Positions 33,724-51,269 of a DNA stretch of 64,000 nucleotides are shown one piece after another. The stretch is from the human T2T-CHM13v2.0 reference genome, Homo sapiens, in assembly GCF_009914755.1 (NCBI RefSeq), contig NC_060941.1; one strand, given 5' to 3'. The notes beneath the pieces are model-generated. The model was not told where the DNA came from. It saw nothing but the letters and a program-made list of their open reading frames with translations, and did not search any database. The translations under genes and the position numbers were made by a program. Position 1 is the first letter of the stretch; every line of letters starts with the position of its first letter.

Positions 33724-35850
33724 GGGAAGGAAGGGGGTGGGGGCAACAGAGCAGAGCCAACAGGAGGAGGCTGGGGAGGCAGGCTTCTGGACAAACCTCT
33801 CTGGCTGAGTAAATATTGAGCTGCCTCATCTCCAAGGTGGGGGTTGAAATGGAGCTGTCAAGCCAGAGTAAACTGAAGGGAGCATCAGGCCTCTAAGGAG
33901 CAGAGGGCGCATGTTTGGTGCAGCTCCCTCCCTGCTCGGTTCCCCTCCAGGCAGAAAGGGCTGCAGGGCTCAGAATTCTCTGGACTCAGGCCAGTGATCT
34001 GGAGAGGATGAAGGAAAGGGGTGATTTTAATTAGCTCTAACTAGGCCAGTAAAATACATCCAACAGGATGCTTCTCCACCCAACCCTCCTATTTCCATCT
34101 CCCACCAAGTTTACACTCTTTCTTACCTAAGTCTTCATCTACCCTCAAAGGAAAGAATGAGTCCAGCTGCAGTGGGATAATTTAACTTAAAGACTGGGAA
34201 AATAGGCCCAGAGAGGTTAAGTGACTTACCCAAGGACACAAGGAAGGGTCTTAGTAGACTAAACTTAGGTCTCCTGACTTCCTACAAAATTATTTCTTCT
34301 CTGAAGCATCTGATCCATTTCTTTTCTGATGAAGAGAATAACAGTGGATGAGGGCCAGGAGGTCAGCCTTGGAGCTGAATCCTGCAGCTACTTGAGCCTC
34401 CATGTTCTCCCAGGAATGGACATTAAGTATTTTACATCTCCAACTTTTGTCCCACCCAGGATACACTCTGATTATAGGAAGCATTTTGAGAGCCACAGAA
34501 ATAGCAAAAGCTGAAGCCTCTGGAATACTCTGGTTGAGTCATGCAAGGAATTCAGAGCCAGGACTGAGGCACAGGGGAAAAAATCTGGTACAACTGCAGG
34601 GGGCGCCAATTTCGTGGACTACAACGAGAATACCCTCCCGAGTTACGCAATGAGTCTGTCTTGTCAAGGACATCCCTCATTATAATACTGTACTTAACTG
34701 TAAGCCTGTAAAGCCTGTATTCTGTGGACTCCTCTGAAACCTTTCATTCATAATTATTTTACTGTCTAGCAGCAAGTCCCATGCTTATGGTGCTGGCTGG
34801 GTCTGCTGGTACAGCGCAGGGGGGCCAAGGCTGGACAACATCTGCTTTCATCATGCCAAGACCAAGAATAACTCAATGTAAGAAAGTAATAGGAAAATGT
34901 CCTATGTAACTATGTAAAATAGGAAGCCTCTGCTCAACACTCACCATACACCAGGCAGTGTTCTAAGCATCTCTCATATATATCATGTATTATTCAATAT
35001 CCTTCATTGTATATCTGAAGAAACTGAAGCACAGGGAAACTAAACAACTCACATGAGCTCATCCAGCTAATAAAAGGGGACCATTCTGAACACTAAGTTA
35101 TACTCCAGAACCCTTGCTCTCCACCACTCTAAGTCAGGGAATTGAAGTTTCTGCCTTCCAGACTTCTTATCCATCTTCTATAATGGAGAAGAGAGGGAAT
35201 GAGTGTGAGAGGCCAGGATAACTTTCCTCTTCGACAGGTGGGTACGCTGAGAACAGAACAAAAAGGTTTCTCAGCCAAATGAACCTTCAGTGTTCTCAGC
35301 TGCTAAGAAGGCAATCCCTTCCATTTGTCTCTAGCTCCATACACCTATCAGGGATCAAATAAGCTATGAGTGTGAGAAGTGGGCATAGTCAAGATACTCC
35401 CTGGAAGAGATTGGGGACTATAGAAGGGAAGATCACAGTCCCTTTTAATAATGATAATAATTTGTTATTGCTCACTTTGTTTATGTGGGACCATTCCAAG
35501 CATTTTACACATATTAACTCATTTAATCCCAACATCAACCCCATGAAATAGGTACTGTCGTTATCCCTATTTTGTAGATAATGAAACTGGGCACAGGGAA
35601 TTAGGCAACTTGCCCAAGGCCACAGGGCTAGTGAGAGGCAGGGCTTGGATTTGAACCCAGATATCCTAGACATGTCCCCCAACTCCTTGGTGCTGCTCTC
35701 TGGCTCATTTTGATCTCCCTTGTCTGTCATCTGGAGAGATTCCTCCAAGCCTGCCATCCACACTCTCTTCTAAACATCATCCCACCAACTCCTTCCCAGG
35801 AGCCCGGTGCTATCTGCACAAGGAATGCTCACAACAAAGAAACCTGCATT

Positions 35851-37480
<1,630 letters not shown>

Positions 37481-38379
37481 CTATCAATTTATCTCAATGG
37501 GGGCAAAATGTTTTTGTTAGTTTACCATTCTCTCCTTTGTCCTAATGTCTCCCATGTAGGCCTGTCTAGGGCCTCAGATTGGAAGTGGAATTCAAGTAGG
37601 AGAGTGCAAGTAGGAGAGAGGAAGGGGTCAGGATCTCTGCATCTAAGGAGATGGAAGGCTTACATTCACTGGATATTATTTTGAGCCTGCCCCTGTGTGA
37701 ACAGAGAATTGATTTGTCCCTCACCCTTCCCTGGGGGAATCTGGTGGCTCCCTCTGCTATGATCAAAAATCAAATGGGCCAGCAGCCTTCTTCTTTCCTC
37801 CTGGCCCTTTCATCAATCCTCCCCAAGGACTTGTCGGCCCCTCTGAGGCCCTGCTCCACCATACTCATGGTTCTGCTTTGCTCTCACCACCGCACCTTCC
37901 TCCTCCTCCCTGCTTTCTTGCCCACTTGTCCAAAATTTGGAGGATCCACAAATACCCCAACCCAGAAGGCTCCACTGGCTCACACTGAATGTCTCCAAGG
38001 AAGGGGAGTTTTGTTTCCACCGACACTCACTCTCTCCCTTCTGTCAAGGTGACCTCTTTGGGGAATCAAGCTTGGTGGCAATTTCAATTAAATGCAGAAA
38101 AGCAGTTAATAGAATTTTTTCTTTTTCTTTCTTTCCTTTTTTTTTGTTTTGACAAAGGGCAAGACATCAGCCTCTGAGAAAGCTAGGCTGCTTATTGCAA
38201 CAGACTTCTCTTCCTCTCCAGCTGGGCTATACAATTATTGATAACGTTGCCTCTCATATAATGGCACCAATTTCATTAGGAATCAAATGCTCAGCGTTTC
38301 TCACGTACGCTTCTAGTCCTTTTGGCTGCCTCTTTTCCCTCGAAAGACCAAGAATTAAATAGATCAGAGGGTGTGGAGA

Positions 38380-38960
38380 AGACACCCCGCCTTGGTCTGG
38401 CCCGCCTCCATCCTGGCCCCTGGGCATCTGGGCTCCCGGGGTAACCGGAATCAATAAACCAGGGCCCGATCCCCGAGGCCCGCGGCATCTCGACGGCTCG
38501 GCGGGGCCAGAGAGCGATCGAGGTTTGTTGCCCGCCGCGGAGCTTCCTGAGCCCCGGCCCCCCGCCTCCGCCGACCAAAGGTTTGCCAGTGGGACCGGCC
38601 CGGAGACAATAGCTGCCCCCGCGGGCGCGCTGTCGGCTTGTTTGGAAAGCCCAGAGGCGCTTCGAGGTAAAAAGGTCAGCCCGGGATCCCAGGTTACCTC
38701 GGCCTCCTCCGCCCGCCGTCAGGCCCCCGACCATCCTCGGACTCCCCCCGCCCCTGACGTCTTCCTCCCTCTCCAGACCTCGGTCTCCCCTCCCCCGCCC
38801 GGCACACTGCCCCCCACTAGGCCCCTTCGCGGCCACCTCCTTCCTGCCGTCCAGTGCCCGGAGACCCAGGGCTTTCACCTTGAGCCCAGGCGGAAAGGCC
38901 TTGCGGAGGCTGGCCGGCTGCGGCCGGACTCAGGCAGCCACTCCTGACGTCCCCGAGGAG
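38380..38960. promoter_or_regulatory. CpG island 3' of HOXB1 containing the DR2 RARE
   Basis: High CpG density. Confidence 0.8.
38665..38678 (+). promoter_or_regulatory. HOXB1 3' DR2 RARE (early neuroectoderm enhancer)
   Basis: AGGTAA-AA-AGGTCA inside a CpG island 3' of HOXB1; matches the known Hoxb1 3' DR2 element; TAAT-rich block nearby at about 38080-38300. Confidence 0.9.
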
Positions 38961-39221
38961 TGGCTGGGTGGAAGGGCGCTGGGCTGGGGTGGGAGTGGGG
39001 GTGTTAAGCTGTGTGCCAATTTGGAGTTTGTCAGCGACCCCTCTGGAGTCTAAGCCAGGCCTGGCTCTGGGCGGGAGGGAGGCAGGTGAGGGGGAAGGGA
39101 AGGGGTAGAGTTCACGTCGCCTTCCCCCACACTTCCTCCTCTTTTTAACACCCTCTTTTTGTCCTCTCCAAACAGATGTTTCTCTTCTTTCCCGTCTTCC
39201 TCTCAAGACCCTCTGGGCTGA

Positions 39222-39599
39222 CCCGGCGCGGGGGCTCACGCCTGTAATCCCAGCACTTTGGAAAGCGGAGGCGGGCAGATCACTTGAGCCCGGGAGTTGG
39301 AGACCATCCTGGGCGAAATGGCAAAACCCTGTCTCTACAAAAATACAAAAATCAGCCGGGAGTGGTGGTGTGCGCCTGTGGTCCCAGCTACTCTGGAGAC
39401 TGAGGTGGAGAATCGCTTGAACCTGAGAGGCAGAGGTTGCAGTGAACGGAGATTATGCCACTGTACTCCAGCCTGAGCAACAGAGCGAGACCCTGTCTCA
39501 AACAAACAAACAAACAAAAACCAAAACACAAAACCAAAAAACAAAACACAAACCAAAAAACTGCACTCCAGCCTGAGCGACAGAGCCAGACCCTGTCTC

Positions 39600-39630
<31 letters not shown>

Positions 39631-39677
39631 AAAAGAAAAAGAAAGAAAGAAAGAAAAAAAGAAAAGAAAAAGAAAAA
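39222..39677 (+). mobile_element. Alu with a second 3' end and second A-tail
   Basis: Dimer, CA-rich tail, then a repeat of the last about 40 nt (39561-39600) and a long poly-A. Confidence 0.88.
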
Positions 39678-39970
39678 TCTCTGGGAATTGCATTCATTCC
39701 ACAGACTTCTTCCATGCTTTTCTGGATTCTCCCAATAACCAAGGGACTGACAACCGTCAAGCCTGAATGCCTGGGACCCAATCCTGCTTAGGCCACACCC
39801 AGTAAGTCCTTCTCTTTATCCAGCTGAGATCTTAAAGCTCAGTTCATTCCAGCCCAACCAGCCAATGGCCACTCTTTCTTCACCTCTTCTCCACGGTGCA
39901 CGGAGTATGAGGCCTCTTCTACCCCTGAATGGAGAAACAGAAGCAGGCAGGAAGAAGGGAAAACACAGAC

Positions 39971-39976
39971 TTTATT
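39971..39976 (-). terminator. HOXB1 polyadenylation signal AATAAA
   Basis: tttatt on + strand about 1 kb past the stop codon, followed on the mRNA by a GU/U-rich tract (gtctgtgttttcc). Confidence 0.8.
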
Positions 39977-40974
39977 GAAATGAGGTAGTTGCAGGTACAG
40001 AGAGAACCCGGGCTCACTTGGGGCTCAGGTTTCCAGAAACTTAGATGGCTCCTCCTCTTTCTCAAAGGTTCAGATAAATCCTTGCAGCTGTTGGGAGCCC
40101 TCATTGTGCCTGGCTCTCCCTGGGCTGCCCCCAGGGGTAGGGGTGGAGATGGGGAAGAGGGTCCTGGGTTTTCCAGGAGGCAATAAATAGGGGAGGAGCT
40201 AGTGGGGGCGTGCCTGCACCTTCCTGGTTGTGGCTTGCTGGGGGCAGGCCTTGCACGGCGTTCCAGAAGTCTCTGGAATACCAAGTTCCAAAACACTTTG
40301 GTGACATAGTGATGAGGTCGCTGGTGTGAGGAGGCAGGTCTCAGAAAACAACCTCTGAAGGCTGCATTAGTGCAATATAAATATGCCAGGAGAGGGCTAA
40401 TGGGGTTAGATGGGGGCGGGGGGCTTTTTGGTCTGTCACAAGGCAGCTGGTGCTATTGTAAGGTCTGTGGTGACTGGATTAAGCATTGATAATAATATGG
40501 CTGCACCCAAACACCTCCCACACAAGAAAATTTAAGGTTCTGTGTCAGGCCTAGAAGGGGGAGTTAGGATAAGAGTGCGTGAGGAGACTCCTCAAAGCTC
40601 GAAGGCACTGAACCGAATAAACCCAAGTTGGAAGGGAAAGGAGGATGAATCCAGGAGGATGAGGCTGGCCCCCACCCCCACCACATGTTGACACTGAGCT
40701 GATCCCCAGATCAAAGGCAGAAGCCCTTCCCTCTACATTTGACAGGTTCCATGCCTCCCAGGCCTCTGGTCCTGTAGGGCCCCCAGCCACCCAGGTCTGA
40801 GAAAAATGTTTCCCCATCCCCCCTCCCACCCCCAGGCAGCTCTAAACTGGCATTTCAGCCCTAGAGAGGATCCCCAGGCCAGTGAAGCCCAGGCCTGGGG
40901 TTGGGGAGAGCCTGGGATAGGGCTGGACTGGGGCGCTCCAGTGCCTGGAAGCCCCATTGGTGGCTAGGTTCAGT

Positions 40975-41303
40975 TCAGGAGGTGACAGAGCTGGGTGAGG
41001 CTTCCGGGGAGGTGCATGTCGACTGGTCTGAGGCATCTCCAGCTGCCTCCTTGGGGCAGCCTGGTGGGGCTGGGGGGACCCGACCTCCCTCTCGCTCGCG
41101 CTTCTTCTGCTTCATTCGTCGGTTCTGGAACCAAATCTTGACCTGTGTTTCATTGAGCTCCAGGGTGGCGGCAATCTCCACCCTCCGGGCCCGGCTCAGG
41201 TACTTGTTGAAATGGAACTCCTTTTCCAGTTCTGTCAGCTGCCTTGTGGTGAAGTTGGTGCGGAGGCCACTGGGCGAGCCCAGGCCTGGCTCTGACACCT
41301 TCG
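40975..41303 (-). CDS. HOXB1: HOXB1 coding exon 2 (homeodomain, labial/PG1 class)
   Basis: Acceptor CCTAG| at 41305-41304; encodes [55 protein letters not shown]; 577+329=906 nt = 301 aa + TGA. Confidence 0.98.
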
Positions 41304-41755
41304 CTAGGGGCGGGGCAGGGAGAAAGGCCAGGTCAATTCTCTCACCTCTTTCTCCTTCCGCTTCCCTCCTCCCGGGGCTGGCTCTGGACCTCCATTTGCC
41401 ATTCTGCCCAAGTACAGTTGTCAAAGTTCCCAGGGACCACCAGGTACCCCCATGGTGATCACCAAGTCTGGAGCAGCCTTCCCCATACTTCCATCCCCCA
41501 TGCACACCAGGTCCTGGGTCTGTGCTGGGTGCACAGATCAGGAAGTGGGGTGTGTATGGAAACTTACTCCTGGGGTGACCGGTTACATACTGGGTGGGGA
41601 GACCTCACCTGACCTGAGACGTAGGTTGTGCTCTTACCTGTGTCTACCAGAGCCGCTGAAAGAGAAGAACCCAGCCCAGACCCAGGACATGTCACTGCAG
41701 GGGAAGCAGAGATGCTTTGGGCCCCGGAGAAGGGGTGGCCACATCTGAGCCCTAC

Positions 41756-42332
41756 CTGTCTTGGGTGGGTTTCTCTTAACCTTCATCCAGTCGAAGGTCC
41801 GGGCCGTGGGGGTGTTAGGTTCTGAAGGGCAGGGTGTTTCCTTGTCCTCGGAGAGGAGATCAGCATAGGCCGGTGCAAAGCTCGCGGTCTGCTCGTTCCC
41901 ATAAGGGGGATGCTGCGGAGGATATGGCCCCGGACCGGCTCCACCTGCTCCGTAGCCATCGGACAAGCCCCCTAGCTGGGCCCCGTAGCTCGAGGGATGA
42001 AAATAGCCTCCGTCTCCTTCTGATTGACCCAGAGGGTAGTACTGAGAAGGCCCGTAGCTGGGGCTGCAGGCGGCAGGAGCATACCCCGAGGGCGCGGAGC
42101 TGGGGAAGGGCACCCCCAGGGTCGAAGGCGGCTGCTGGGCGGGATAGCCGGAGTTCTGCTGAAACGCAGGGCTGGACAGCCCCCCACCGTAGCGGCCCTC
42201 GCTTGCATAGCTGTCAACCGCCTGAGCCGAGCTTGGGGGAAAGGAGGTTGGGGCGCTGTGGGCGCTGTAGGCGCTGGGTCCCCGGTTACAGAGTGGGTAC
42301 TCTAAGAAGGAGTTCATCCTATTATAGTCCAT
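41756..42332 (-). CDS. HOXB1: HOXB1 coding exon 1 (577 nt; N-terminus to TFDWMK hexapeptide)
   Basis: ATG at 42332 gives MDYNRMNSFLEYPLCNRG...TFDWMKVKRNPPKT; donor CAG|GTAGGG with GT at 41755-41754; phase 1. Confidence 0.98.
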
Positions 42333-42489
42333 GCGTCAAGGCCGCAGGAGGGTCGGCCCGTTTGGGGGAGACACCCTCTTGCCCTACAACCTTTCGGCAG
42401 TATGTCACAGCGCTGGGGCTCGAATCCATGGCCTGACCCGCTCGCCTGGGCAAGCGCTTCCCTAGGAAGGGGGTAGGGAGTGGGGGTGA

Positions 42490-42520
42490 GGGGGCACATG
42501 TGATCTCTCCCAGGCCAATG
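42490..42520. promoter_or_regulatory. HOXB1 proximal promoter E-box and CCAAT box
   Basis: CACATGTG at 42495-42502 and CCAAT at 42515-42519, between the ARE and the ATG. Confidence 0.5.
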
Positions 42521-42554
42521 GGCTAAGCGGGCCAGAGTTTGGCAGCCCCAGCGC

Positions 42555-42619
42555 CCATCCATCACCCCCCAAGCATTAGCATGACAAAGACACTTCAATC
42601 ACCCGCAGCCCATCCATCT
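42555..42619 (-). promoter_or_regulatory. HOXB1 autoregulatory element (b1-ARE, rhombomere 4)
   Basis: R1 AGATGGATGG (42610-42619), R2 TGATTGAAGT (42592-42601), SOX/OCT composite CTTTGTCATGCTAAT (42575-42589), R3 TGATGGATGG (42555-42564). Confidence 0.95.
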
Positions 42620-43956
42620 GAGAGCGACATGGAAGCGTCAAAAACATCTTTCTTCAAAGACTTTTGGAAAGAAGGGACCAGAGGGAGAGGGGGAAAAAGT
42701 TAGGAGAATATTCAAGACTTTCCTTCCCTCCCAACCCCCAAGGCCTTCAATAGGCTCCTGGGTTATTAGATTTGGACAAATTCAAGCCAGCTGCCCCTCA
42801 CTCTTCCCACCCCTCAGAGAAACCTTCCCCCTAAGTCTGTGGACCTGGAGGTGGGGAATCCAGCTTCCATACTTTGCCCAGAACTCCCAAACCATGTTCC
42901 TTTCTTCCAATTTGTCTTAGGGTGGTGGGCTAGGACAGCCGGGTGAGGTATGTTATCTTGGGCCAAATGGATGACTGTGTGGTGGGGAGGTGGGGGAAGG
43001 TGGTGCAAAAACACCTAAGGGTGTGGGGCAGGATCTAGAATCTAGAGGAAGAATTCATGAAGCCAGGGGTGGGAAATTGGCATTTCAGGGAGCAAGGCAG
43101 GACTACAGAAATGTGGAGAAAAGGATGAGAAATGCCCCATCTTCCCTCTCTCTCTCTTTGCATAAATGCTCTCTCCTCATTCACACATCCATTTCTCTCC
43201 CTCAGCCTCTCTTTATATTCTCTCTGTCTCAATCCATCTCTCTGTTCGTCCATCTTTCTCCATATTTATATTCGTTCCCTACCTCTCATCTCTCTAGATG
43301 TATTTATCCTCTCTCTAGCCATCCATAGCTGTAGCTGGCTCACTCACTCAGACTTAAATAACTCCCTATATCTCTCTAGAGAGCCACAATGAGCACAGCC
43401 AGGTGATGTTTACAGCGGGGTGAAGAGGAGGGGAATTTTTTATTCTCTTCTTGAAGTGTTTAAAACTAGTGGAGACCTGCATTCTCCTGGTTCCCTCCTA
43501 CCTGTCTCTCCTTCACCACCCTCCATCTCCTTCCAAAAAAAAAAAATTTCCAAACCTCAAATGCATAAATTTAATACCAGTTAAATCTTAAAGATTCCTC
43601 CAGATTTCAGTAATTTTTCTAGGATTGATAAAGGGAGTTTGGTCAGAGAGTGGGAGAATCGGGGTGGAGGCCCTGAGGCTCTGAATTCTAAGACTCCAGA
43701 GTGAGGAGTGGAGTCTCGCCCCTTTTTGTTCTGTGTGGCTGTTGCGGAGGGACACAGGATGTGTCTTCTTCACTCTCTCAGACTCCAAACCCAGATGGGA
43801 CTAGAAGAGAAGCCCTTAGGTAGAGCCCATTGACTCTCCTCCTCCGGACAACTTGAGGGCAAGAGCTTGGGGCAATCCAACACCCACGCTCATTTGTAAC
43901 CTGTCAGGGTGTCTGCCTGGCCGGAGGCCTGGGGCCGAAGCTAGGGCAAGTCCAGG

Positions 43957-43970
43957 AGGGCAAGAGTTCA
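43957..43970 (+). promoter_or_regulatory. HOXB1 5' DR2 RARE (r3/r5 repressor element)
   Basis: AGGGCA-AG-AGTTCA about 1.6 kb upstream of the HOXB1 ATG; matches the known 5' DR2 element. Confidence 0.85.
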
Positions 43971-44034
43971 GGGAGTGATCTCTATAAACAACGGAGCTCA
44001 GGAGAGGAAAGGGAAGCAGGTGGGACAGGTTTAA

Positions 44035-44658
<624 letters not shown>

Positions 44659-45284
44659 TGATCATGTGTACTCTGCTTCAGACCCTGCTTCAAGCTGAGG
44701 GGGAGGGGCACCAGCTGGTAACTTCTTTAATAGATGCAATGGGGGTGAGAGAGAATGTTCACTTGCCAAGGGAATGAGGGCAGACAAGAGAAAGGAAAAT
44801 TGAGATGGGAGGAGGTGACCTGCAGAGGAATTGAAGAGAAAGAAATTATTGAGGTAAGAGCAAGCTTATTTCTTTCTATTTTACTTTTTCGGGGAGAAGA
44901 TTTGCAGATGCTTCATCCTTTCATTTTAAGATGTCTTCCACAGACGCTAAGAATAACTTGTCTGGAGGAATCTAGGGCTTGTCTTCTAACCCCAAATTTG
45001 AACTAGGCCTGTATCTGATCTGGCAGCCCTGCTTCTGAGAGACTTGAGACTTGTTCACCTTCCACCTTTTCCTCATCCCGGGGAGAATCTTCTCACCCCA
45101 TCCTTTGCCTTCATAATTAAGGGAACAATTTGAGGTCTAAAGGAAGAAGTGAATTTCAAATCAGTTTAATAAAACAGCACAAATCTGGGAATTGAGGAAT
45201 GCATTCCCTTTATAACAGCTGAAGTCACCAACAATCTATTATTCATGACAGCAAGCAAAGACGGAGGCAAAAGTGCCCTAAGTT

Positions 45285-45566
45285 GGCTGGGTGCAGTCCC
45301 AGCACTTTGGAAGGCCAAGGCAAGAGGATCACTTGAGCCCAGGACTTCGAGACCAGCCTGGGCAAGATGGTGAGACCACATCTCTACAAAAATAAATAAA
45401 TTTAAAAATTAGCTGGGTGTGGTGGTGCCTCCCTGAAGTCCCAGCTGCTCAGAAGGGAGGATGGCTTGAGCCCAGGAGTTCAAGGCTGCAATGAGCTATG
45501 ACCACACCACTGCACTCTAGCCTGGGTGACAGAGAACCTGTCTCTATTTAAAAAAAAAAAAAAAAA
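45285..45566 (+). mobile_element. AluJ
   Basis: Diverged dimer; TSD AAAAGTGCC. Confidence 0.88.
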
Positions 45567-46206
45567 GTGCCTCAAGTTATACTGTCAATTGCAGTGATTG
45601 CCTCAGCTTTCCAAATTCACTATGCTCCCCAATTCATCCCTGAGTCATGCCACCTTCTCTTGTGTTAGCAGGGACATTAAAACTTGCCCAAATTCCTGCT
45701 GGCTCTCCCAGCCCCAGCAGAAAAGACTGGGAGAACCAAGCAACTTTGCTCCCTAGGTTCCCAATCTCCTCCTCCTCCCTAAAAGAAGCTTCGCTGACTG
45801 GAATAACCTATGGCCCATAGGATTTTTGGTGGACCAAATTAAACTCACCAGAGAGGGTCTGGGTGGACCCAACACCAAAATGAAATAAAGTTGATGTCCT
45901 AGTTTGTATGATCTGCTTGTACATAAAAGAGAGCAAGGAGAACATAGACATGTTTGGAACTGAAGTTATCTTTGACAGTTTTCACTCCTTATCACACTGA
46001 GAATGCAGGCAAGGAAACTATCTAACCAGAATGGGGATATATTAGAAGTTTAACCTCAGATTCTGGTCCTTTCTGTGAAGGAAGCTGCTTCAGCTGGGGG
46101 CTTGGCAGGAGCAATCTAAATTCTCTCATTAGACCTTAAATGTCTCTATCTGCTCTCCCCAGCCCAAATCTAGGGAGGCCAAACCCAAGATCAAAGGTTG
46201 GGGCTA

Positions 46207-47819
<1,613 letters not shown>

Positions 47820-48402
47820 ATAGGAGGAGAATAGCATTTAGGCTATATTTTCATGTAACATAGCACCATATATTATACAATATAATATGTACTTTATCAT
47901 ATGCAAATTTCATTGAGAATTGAGAAGATTGGCTCTGTTTAGGCAAAGGATTTTCTTCTAACCTGAAGGGTTTCTTGAAAACCAAAGCCTAATATTTTAT
48001 GCCTATAAAGAATCCAAATTATTAAAATTGCAACAGAAAGGTTTGTGGTTGGATATTAGAAAGAACTTCTTGATTTTCCAAACATTGGGGAAAAGTTTTC
48101 TAGGGAGGATGTTGTCTCTTCTTCCTTAAGGAATTTCGCTTGGAAACTGTCCATCCTAGAGGTGACCTGCCTTCTGGATCTAGACAGATCAGCAAGATGT
48201 AAACTTCCATCTGGAGTCAATAATTGGGGGCATGATTAAATAATGACTGAGATCTTTCTAAAAGGAAAGGTTAGCGTGACATGAAGAATTAAAATAATTT
48301 TCTACTTAATCGAGTTTATCTAAATGCAATAGTTTTTTTTTGGCCAAAATATCTGCTTTGGAAATCTTAGCCAAACAGTGATCAAGCTGAATTTGGGTCT
48401 GA

Positions 48403-48749
<347 letters not shown>

Positions 48750-49476
48750 CCGGAGAGAGAGAAAGTTTTAAGAGGGCTCCTTTACTATTCATTCTCTCCT
48801 CTGAAGAGGAAGATCTCTTTCCGGCACTAAATATCTACCTTACCCTGAATGTGGACAGAGGGATGGCTGGAGGAGAGAAGAGGGGTAGGCAGAGCTGGGC
48901 TGGAGAGATCAGTGGAGGATCTGGGCTATAATCAGCCTCAGCAGGCAGAAGATGAATTGAGGCCCTACAGGCCACCTTCTGCAAAGTGAGGACTGAGAGT
49001 ACATCCCAAGAAGATCTGCAGTGGGGCCAGCAAGTGCTTGTCAGAGACTTGGGTAAAGATGGGTAGGTGAATTCAGCAGTGCTGTTTAGGGAGTCTCAGA
49101 AATTGTGCCTATGCTCTGATGCCCCAGCAACCAGATTAAACATAACTAAAAGGGACTGTTAAAGTCTAGAACATCATGTCAAAAAAGAAGTTTGGTGGCT
49201 CTTTTTATATGAAATGGCCTACTTAAAAAAACAAACAAACAAAAAACAAAAGAAAAAGAGTAAACATAACCAAATGTTGGGGGAGGTGGCAGAGGATGAA
49301 AGTCAAAGGAAAACTTGGCTAGGATACTTTTTAATACTCATATTTATTGAATACCAGGCACCTGGCAGACAATGCTGCACCCGATTACCTGCTTGTTGAA
49401 AAGATTTTGCTCTCTACTCATTTAAATAAAGATAAATGCATGATTATTGGTGTAAAGATACTAATTAAAATGTATT

Positions 49477-50417
<941 letters not shown>

Positions 50418-51269
50418 ATTTGTTAAAATGGCCCCACCAGATTCACGTGAGGTAGGTCACTGTCAAACACCAAGAGTTACTTAACAGCACAAGACATCGG
50501 CCATAATAAACAGTTAATACATTGTTTGTGAAGACTAAATAATATATACTAAAGAATATGCATATATTAATGTAGAGTACATTAGAGGCATTTAATTCTT
50601 ACATTTATTTCACAGATAGAGAAACTGAGGTCCAGAAAGGGGAATAGACTTGCTCAGGCATAAGTTAACTTTTTTTTTTTTTAATGACTCAGGGTTACCA
50701 TGATTGCGAGTAATTCCTCAGTCTAATGGTCCTTTGCTTTCACTGTAATATTAATGGGACATGCCTCTTAAAAGAATGATTCACTAAGAGCAGGGCAGAC
50801 TGACGAGCAGCTTTCCGGGCTGCACTGAAACCTTCCCACTCCAACCACAGGGAATTTATAACCACTCTGTGCTACAGACCACTCACAATTGGTCCTGACC
50901 CAAGAGGAACCCTGCCCCAATCAGGATGGAATAAGTGAGTGCGGCCACTTGGAGCTGCCCTCTAATCTGCCACCACCACTGGGGTCTGCTGCCCTATCTG
51001 GGAACCACCCCCTCTTCCCCTTACTCCTCCATGGCCAACTGGGAAAACTCAAGCTAAAAAGGATGACCCAGGAGATGAAAGAAGGAAAAGAAGTTAATTC
51101 GGAACACAGGGATCCTGAATTGCAATCCTTTATGAATCCCAAATTGCCAGGCATTCCCTTGAATCTGAATTGGGTAGGGAAATTGAAGATGGGAGTCACT
51201 TCCTTCTGCAAATTCATTGCCTCTTTGTGCTGCCGTGGTATCATCAGAGACGGTGAGTTTCATAAATTT

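Noticed and set aside
38291-38947. 195-aa (-) and 140-aa (+) ORFs over the HOXB1 3' CpG island
   Set aside because: GC-rich shadow ORFs with no homology; region is explained by the DR2 enhancer
42250-42278. Imperfect 9-bp tandem repeat in HOXB1 exon 1 (SAYSAHSAP)
   Set aside because: In-frame and consistent with the normal 301-aa protein; known site of a length polymorphism, not novel
40901-42436. Long + strand ORFs antisense to HOXB1 (also those opposite HOXB2 and HOXB3)
   Set aside because: Antisense shadows of GC-rich coding exons
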